From Anaerovoracaceae bacterium (GTDB lineage: Bacteria; Actinomycetota; Actinomycetes; Actinomycetales; Bifidobacteriaceae), in NCBI GenBank assembly GCA_963598975.1, contig CAVBVU010000001.1, positions 113 through 64,112 on the forward strand: DNA of 64,000 nt, written 5' to 3'. The notes beneath the pieces are model-generated. The model made no database searches. It saw only the letters and a program-made list of their open reading frames with translations, and was not told the origin of the DNA. Position numbers and translations under genes: made by a program. This document shows, piece by piece, positions 59,230 to 64,000 of the stretch. Position 1 is the first letter of the stretch. Each line of letters begins with the position of its first letter.

Positions 59230-60153
59230 TTACTCGTGCTTCTCGCTCCACTCCTCGTCGGTAGGAGTGTCGTCGTACAGTTCCTTGCCTTCCTTTTCGG
59301 CGAGCTCCATCTGCTCGTTGATCCAGGCGGCTTCCGCGGGATTGATGTCGGCGGTGTCCAGCACCTTCTGCCATACGGGATACAGCAGGTGCATCACCGG
59401 ATAGATGGCGGTGAGCAGAATCTCCGGCTTGTGCTTGCGCGAATGCTGCGGATGCGCGTTGAACGTGTTCTTGAACCGCCGCATGTAATTCATGAACGAC
59501 GTGGGGGAGGTGTCCATACGCCGTGCGCTGATTCCGGAAATCATGTGCGGACTGTATACGGTTTTCAGATCGTTTCCGAGCAGATGCAGGGAAATGTCGA
59601 TGTCCTCGTGCATCACATCGTCTTCGTCAAGGCAGGCCTCATCGGCGATCTGGTGCCATGCCGATGCGCGCAAAGCCATGTTCGAGCCGAACAGAAGGGG
59701 TTGGCCGTCGTCGGCCTTGTAAATACGCTTGCGGGTGGAGTTGTCGCTGCGCAGACCGAAATGGCGGCTTGGCAGGTCGTAGTACATCACCGGTCCGGTG
59801 GCGCCCATCGCATCCGGATCCTCGGTGAAAATCTGGGAGACCACTTCAACCCAGTTCGGGCGGATCATGCAGTCGGCGTCGAAACGGCCCAGCACATCGC
59901 CGGTGGCGTGGTTCAGACCATAATTGCGCGTGGGGATCAGACCCTGATGCTCGTCCTGATGTAACAGGCGCACGGGAGCTTCGGGATGTTCCTCCATGAA
60001 CCGCTCCACCACCTGCACGGTCGCATCGGTGGAACGATTGTCGACCACGATCACTTCATGCGGCATCACCGTCTGCCTGGTGGCGTTGAGCAGGCAATCG
60101 TTGATACGCTCCTCTTCATTCCAAGCGGGGATGATAATTGAAACGTTCAGCAT
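59230..60153 (-). CDS. Glycosyltransferase family 2
   Basis: SIIIPAWNEE, VVDNRSTD, RFDAD, HEDID. Confidence 0.9.
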   Translation of the reverse strand: MLNVSIIIPAWNEEERINDCLLNATRQTVMPHEVIVVDNRSTDATVQVVERFMEEHPEAPVRLLHQDEHQGLIPTRNYGLNHATGDVLGRFDADCMIRPNWVEVVSQIFTEDPDAMGATGPVMYYDLPSRHFGLRSDNSTRKRIYKADDGQPLLFGSNMALRASAWHQIADEACLDEDDVMHEDIDISLHLLGNDLKTVYSPHMISGISARRMDTSPTSFMNYMRRFKNTFNAHPQHSRKHKPEILLTAIYPVMHLLYPVWQKVLDTADINPAEAAWINEQMELAEKEGKELYDDTPTDEEWSEKHE

Positions 60154-60247
60154 GATTTCAAGAATAGGGCTCAGCGCGTACACGGCGCTTTTCCCATTAT
60201 GTCGCCGATGGGAATCCCGCATACCCATAACGCTACAATAGTGAGCC

Positions 60248-61753
60248 ATGAGTAAACGCGAACAGCGAATGGAAGATACGATGCGGGACGGTGAAGGCGA
60301 AAAGGCCACCGGTCAACGCTGGGATCTGGGAACGCTGTTCCCTGCGAAAGGCGACCCGCGTCGGCCTCCGGAATGGCTGGGACGTGCCTTGCTGTACATC
60401 TGCATCGCAATCGTGCTGTTCGCGTTCTGCTGGCGCAGCTGGGGCAAAATCGACTATCTGGTGACCGACGTCATCATCTCGCTGTTCCTCGCGCTTGCCG
60501 TGGAACCGGTGGTGGTGCCGCTGGTCAAGCACGGATGGAAGCGTTCCTTCGCGTCGTTGTTCGCCTTGGTGCTGCTTGCGGTGATTCTCTGCGTGCTGTT
60601 CGGACTATTCGGCAACATGTTCGTGCAGCAGGTGATCGCACTGCTCAACGGCATGCCCGCGCTGTACCGGCAGATCAGCGATTTGGTCAGCCAGAACACC
60701 AATTTCGAACTTCCCGAGATCAACAGCCTCGGCAGCGAGATCTTCAAGAACATCCAAACATCCTGGGTCACCGATTTCGCGGGAACCGCAGTGAGCACGG
60801 TGTCGGGCCTGTTCTCGTTCCTGCTCAACCTGATGACCATCGTGATGACCACGTTCTACATTTCCGCGGCGGGGCCGAAGCTACGCCGTTCCGCCTGCCA
60901 GTGGATGGCTCCGGAAGCACAGCGCCGTTTTCTGTTCGTGTGGACGGTCAGCCAAACGCAGATTTCCTCGTTCCTGTTCTCCCGCGCGATCCTTGCATTG
61001 CTCAACGCCTGCTTCACCGCCATCTGCCTGGAATTGTTGAACGTGCCGTACTGGATGCCGTTGGCGCTGTTCTGCGGTGTGACCTCGCAGTTCATCCCTA
61101 TGCTCGGCACCTATATCGGTGGCGCGCTGCCGGTGCTGTTCGCGTGGGTCAACGGCGGCGTGCTGTGCGGCCTGGGCGTTCTGGCGTTCATCTGCGTCTA
61201 CCAGCAGATCGAGAACCTCATCTTCTCGCCGAAGATCTCCCAACGCACCATGGACATCAACGATGCGGTGGCATTCCTGGCGGTATTGGCGTTCGGTTCC
61301 CTGTTCGGAGCGCTCGGCGCGTTCCTCGCATTGCCTGTCGTGGCATCCATCCAGACCATTCTGCGTACGTACACCAAGCGTTACGAATTGGTCGACTCCC
61401 CGCTGATGAACGATCCCGAACCCGATAAGAAGTCGAAGCTCGTTGAAGGCGCCGAAGCGATCAGCGAACACGTGCTGCACAGCATGCCTCGCGCGGTGCA
61501 GGGCTCCAGCGCCCACGTGCCGATTTCCGATGAGGTGCGTCATCTGCAGGAGCAGGCATACAACATCGGGCGAACGGACGAAACCGGCGACGTCGACGAA
61601 TCACAGACGGTCGCCATTCCGAAACATCTGCTCGACAAGACGGACAGGAAACCGTTGAAAGGCACACAGGAGGCCGACGAAACCGACGAATCGCCATCTG
61701 AACAGGCGAACGAATCACAAACACACGACAATCCAAGGAGTGGGTGGCGCTGA
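60248..61753 (+). CDS. AI-2E (PerM) family transporter
   Basis: Multiple TMs, FIPMLG, QQIENLIFSPKI, GAFLALP. Confidence 0.88.
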   Translation: MSKREQRMEDTMRDGEGEKATGQRWDLGTLFPAKGDPRRPPEWLGRALLYICIAIVLFAFCWRSWGKIDYLVTDVIISLFLALAVEPVVVPLVKHGWKRSFASLFALVLLAVILCVLFGLFGNMFVQQVIALLNGMPALYRQISDLVSQNTNFELPEINSLGSEIFKNIQTSWVTDFAGTAVSTVSGLFSFLLNLMTIVMTTFYISAAGPKLRRSACQWMAPEAQRRFLFVWTVSQTQISSFLFSRAILALLNACFTAICLELLNVPYWMPLALFCGVTSQFIPMLGTYIGGALPVLFAWVNGGVLCGLGVLAFICVYQQIENLIFSPKISQRTMDINDAVAFLAVLAFGSLFGALGAFLALPVVASIQTILRTYTKRYELVDSPLMNDPEPDKKSKLVEGAEAISEHVLHSMPRAVQGSSAHVPISDEVRHLQEQAYNIGRTDETGDVDESQTVAIPKHLLDKTDRKPLKGTQEADETDESPSEQANESQTHDNPRSGWR

Positions 61754-62976
61754 TGGTACTGCTGAGCGTGCTTGATGTCCTGCTGGTCATAGTAGGTGGA
61801 GCCGGCATGGTGTATCAGGCGGTGTGCATTCTCATATCGTTGTTCGCCAAACCGATCAAATTCCCCGACGCCCCGATGGACAAGCGTTACGCGGTGCTGA
61901 TCTCCGCACGAAACGAAGCGAACGTAATCGGCAATCTCATCACCTGCATCCAAACGCAGACCTATCCGTATGAGCTCGTCGACATCTGGCTCGTGGCCGA
62001 CAACTGCACCGACGACACCGCGCAAGTGGCCCGTGATATGGGATGCCACGTGATCGAACGCTTCAACAAGGAACTCGTAGGCAAGGGCTACGCGTTGACC
62101 TACCTGCTTGACCAGATGAACGAATCCGGAGCCTCCGAACCATACGACGCGTTTTTCGTGTTCGACGCCGACAACAAACTCGACAAGCACTACATCGAGG
62201 AGATGAACAAGGCGTTCCATGCCGGCTTCAAGATCCTCACCAGCTACCGCAATTCCGTGAACCTGTCCGACAACTGGGTATCCTCCGGCTCCGCGCTATG
62301 GTTCATCCGAGAATCGCGATTCCTGTCCGCATCCCGCATGTGGCTCGGCAACAGCTGCCACGTCGGCGGAACGGGATTCATGTTCTCGCAGGAGATCATG
62401 CGCCGCAATAACGGCTGGAAATTCCACCTGCTCACCGAAGATCTGGAATTCACCATGGATTCCGTGCTGCACGGCGACCGAATCGGCTACTGCGGCACCG
62501 CCATCCTGTACGACGAGCAGCCCGTGACGTTCCAGCAAAGCTGGCGTCAACGATTGCGTTGGAGCAAAGGCTTCCTGCAGGTATTCCGCTATTACGGTCC
62601 GTCGTTGATCAGACGTGCGATTCGCGAACGCGACTTCTCCGCAGTGGACTTCACGCTGCTGCTGTGCCCGTTCACCGTGATCGGCATAGTGCGCGTGCTG
62701 CTGGGTATGCTTTTCGCGCTGTGCGGATTCGTCACCTGGCAAAGCCAGCTGAACTCGCTTACCGGATGGTCTTCCGGAATAGTGCTGTCGGTCATCGGCA
62801 TGATGGCTCTCGCCGCTTTGACGATTATCGTGGAACGCGATCAGGTCGGCGCCACGAACAAGGAACTGTTCGCCTATGTGCTGAGCTTCCCGATCTACAT
62901 GTTCAGTTATGTGCCGATTTCGTTCCAGGCCGTATTCGCCAAGTCGGAATGGAAGCCGATCGAGCATAAAGGCTAA
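61753..62976 (+). CDS. Processive-type glycosyltransferase family 2, membrane-bound
   Basis: DNCTD, FDAD, TED, QRLRW; TMs at both ends; TGATG coupling. Confidence 0.88.
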   Translation: MVLLSVLDVLLVIVGGAGMVYQAVCILISLFAKPIKFPDAPMDKRYAVLISARNEANVIGNLITCIQTQTYPYELVDIWLVADNCTDDTAQVARDMGCHVIERFNKELVGKGYALTYLLDQMNESGASEPYDAFFVFDADNKLDKHYIEEMNKAFHAGFKILTSYRNSVNLSDNWVSSGSALWFIRESRFLSASRMWLGNSCHVGGTGFMFSQEIMRRNNGWKFHLLTEDLEFTMDSVLHGDRIGYCGTAILYDEQPVTFQQSWRQRLRWSKGFLQVFRYYGPSLIRRAIRERDFSAVDFTLLLCPFTVIGIVRVLLGMLFALCGFVTWQSQLNSLTGWSSGIVLSVIGMMALAALTIIVERDQVGATNKELFAYVLSFPIYMFSYVPISFQAVFAKSEWKPIEHKG

Positions 62977-63007
62977 GGCCCATTTTGCCGAGAGGTAGGA
63001 TGGTGCC

Positions 63008-63826
63008 ATGGCTTTAGACGATGTTTCCCCTTCTGTTGGGTTTGTTCCATCCGTTCCTCTTGACGACACAGCCGCGGTTTCGATTCGAGGGCTGTTCAAG
63101 CGTTTCGGACAGAAGGTGGCGGTCAACGGATTGTCGCTCGATATTCCTGTGGGTTCCTTCTACGGCTTGGTCGGTCCGAACGGTGCCGGCAAGACGACCA
63201 CGCTCAACATGGTGACCGGTCTGCTCGTGCCGGATGGCGGAAAGGCCATGATTCTCGGCCGCGACGTGTGGCAGGATTTGAACGCGGCGAAACGTTCCAT
63301 CGGCGTGATGCCGCAGTCCGACCAGATTTTCGACCGGCTGACTGGTCTGCAGCTGCTGGTCTATGCGGGCATGCTGCGCGGCATGAAACGCGGCGAATCG
63401 GTCAAGCGCGCCAACGACCTGTTGGCGGCGTTCGACATGACGGGTGCCGCCAACGTGATGGTCGCCGACTACTCGGCCGGCATGACCAAGAAAATCTGCC
63501 TGGCCAGCGCCATGATTCACAGTCCGCGCGTTCTCGTGCTTGACGAACCTTTCGAATCTGTCGATCCGGTGTCCAGCGCGAACCTCAAGGACATCCTCAT
63601 CGAATACGCATCCACCGGCGGAACCGTCATCATCTCGTCGCATGTCATGGCGCTCGTCGAGAAGATGTGCACGCATGTGGCGGTCATCAATAACGGTCAG
63701 GTCTGTGCGGCCGGAACCGTGGAACAGGTCGCTGACGGGGAAGATCTTGAGGAACGCTTCCTGCAGTTGGTGGGCGGGCGTCACGCGGCCGCGCATCTGT
63801 CGTGGCTGGACGGTGGTGCGCGATGA
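63008..63826 (+). CDS. ABC transporter ATP-binding protein
   Basis: GPNGAGKTT, YSAGM, LVLDEP, SSH. Confidence 0.94.
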   Translation: MALDDVSPSVGFVPSVPLDDTAAVSIRGLFKRFGQKVAVNGLSLDIPVGSFYGLVGPNGAGKTTTLNMVTGLLVPDGGKAMILGRDVWQDLNAAKRSIGVMPQSDQIFDRLTGLQLLVYAGMLRGMKRGESVKRANDLLAAFDMTGAANVMVADYSAGMTKKICLASAMIHSPRVLVLDEPFESVDPVSSANLKDILIEYASTGGTVIISSHVMALVEKMCTHVAVINNGQVCAAGTVEQVADGEDLEERFLQLVGGRHAAAHLSWLDGGAR

Positions 63827-64000
63827 ACGTTATCGGCACCATCATGAGATTGCACTGGGCACTGATGTTGGCGACCATGCGCAAATCGACCATGATGCTT
63901 GTCAGTTACATCATCGTCGCGGTACTCGCCGCCGGCACGATTGTTGGTTCCGTGGTACTGGGACTTATGGTCGGTCCTCTTATCGGTGGCGTGGATGACG
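63823..64000 (+). CDS. Probable ABC permease, N-terminal part (runs off window)
   Basis: ATGA overlap; MNVIGTIMRLHWALM followed by a hydrophobic helix. Confidence 0.7.
   Translation, partial: MNVIGTIMRLHWALMLATMRKSTMMLVSYIIVAVLAAGTIVGSVVLGLMVGPLIGGVDD

Overview
High-GC actinobacterial chromosome segment; gene content and order point to Bifidobacterium (inference). It is mostly housekeeping: nusA-infB-rbfA-truB-ribF, radA, bS22, rpiA, rnhA, pgm, serS, a PspC two-component locus, lysS, menA, gpmA, phoU with a SenX3-like kinase, serC, two peptidoglycan hydrolases, usp, thyA-folA-ptpA, galE, trmB, fucO, a sortase-anchored 5'-nucleotidase, GT2 genes, an ABC transporter and 7 tRNAs. Two accessory cassettes are present: GntR / ADP-ribosylglycohydrolase / PfkB / NCS1 / cysteine hydrolase, and LacI / GPH permease / two esterases. 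The most unusual content is non-coding. (1) Strictly 63-bp-periodic arrays of an alternately inverted ~20-bp motif with fixed-length variable linkers follow serS and lysS. (2) A 396-bp apparently identical direct repeat (array plus lacI 3' end) brackets the esterase cassette, preceded by a covarying hairpin. (3) A dispersed composite element of 20-bp and ~148-bp tandem units occurs at 4 sites, three of them on the 3' side of tRNA genes. The SenX3-like kinase appears to lack the phospho-acceptor His. No cas genes, integrase or intact transposase were seen. Start codons and alignments were assigned by eye; no searches were run.
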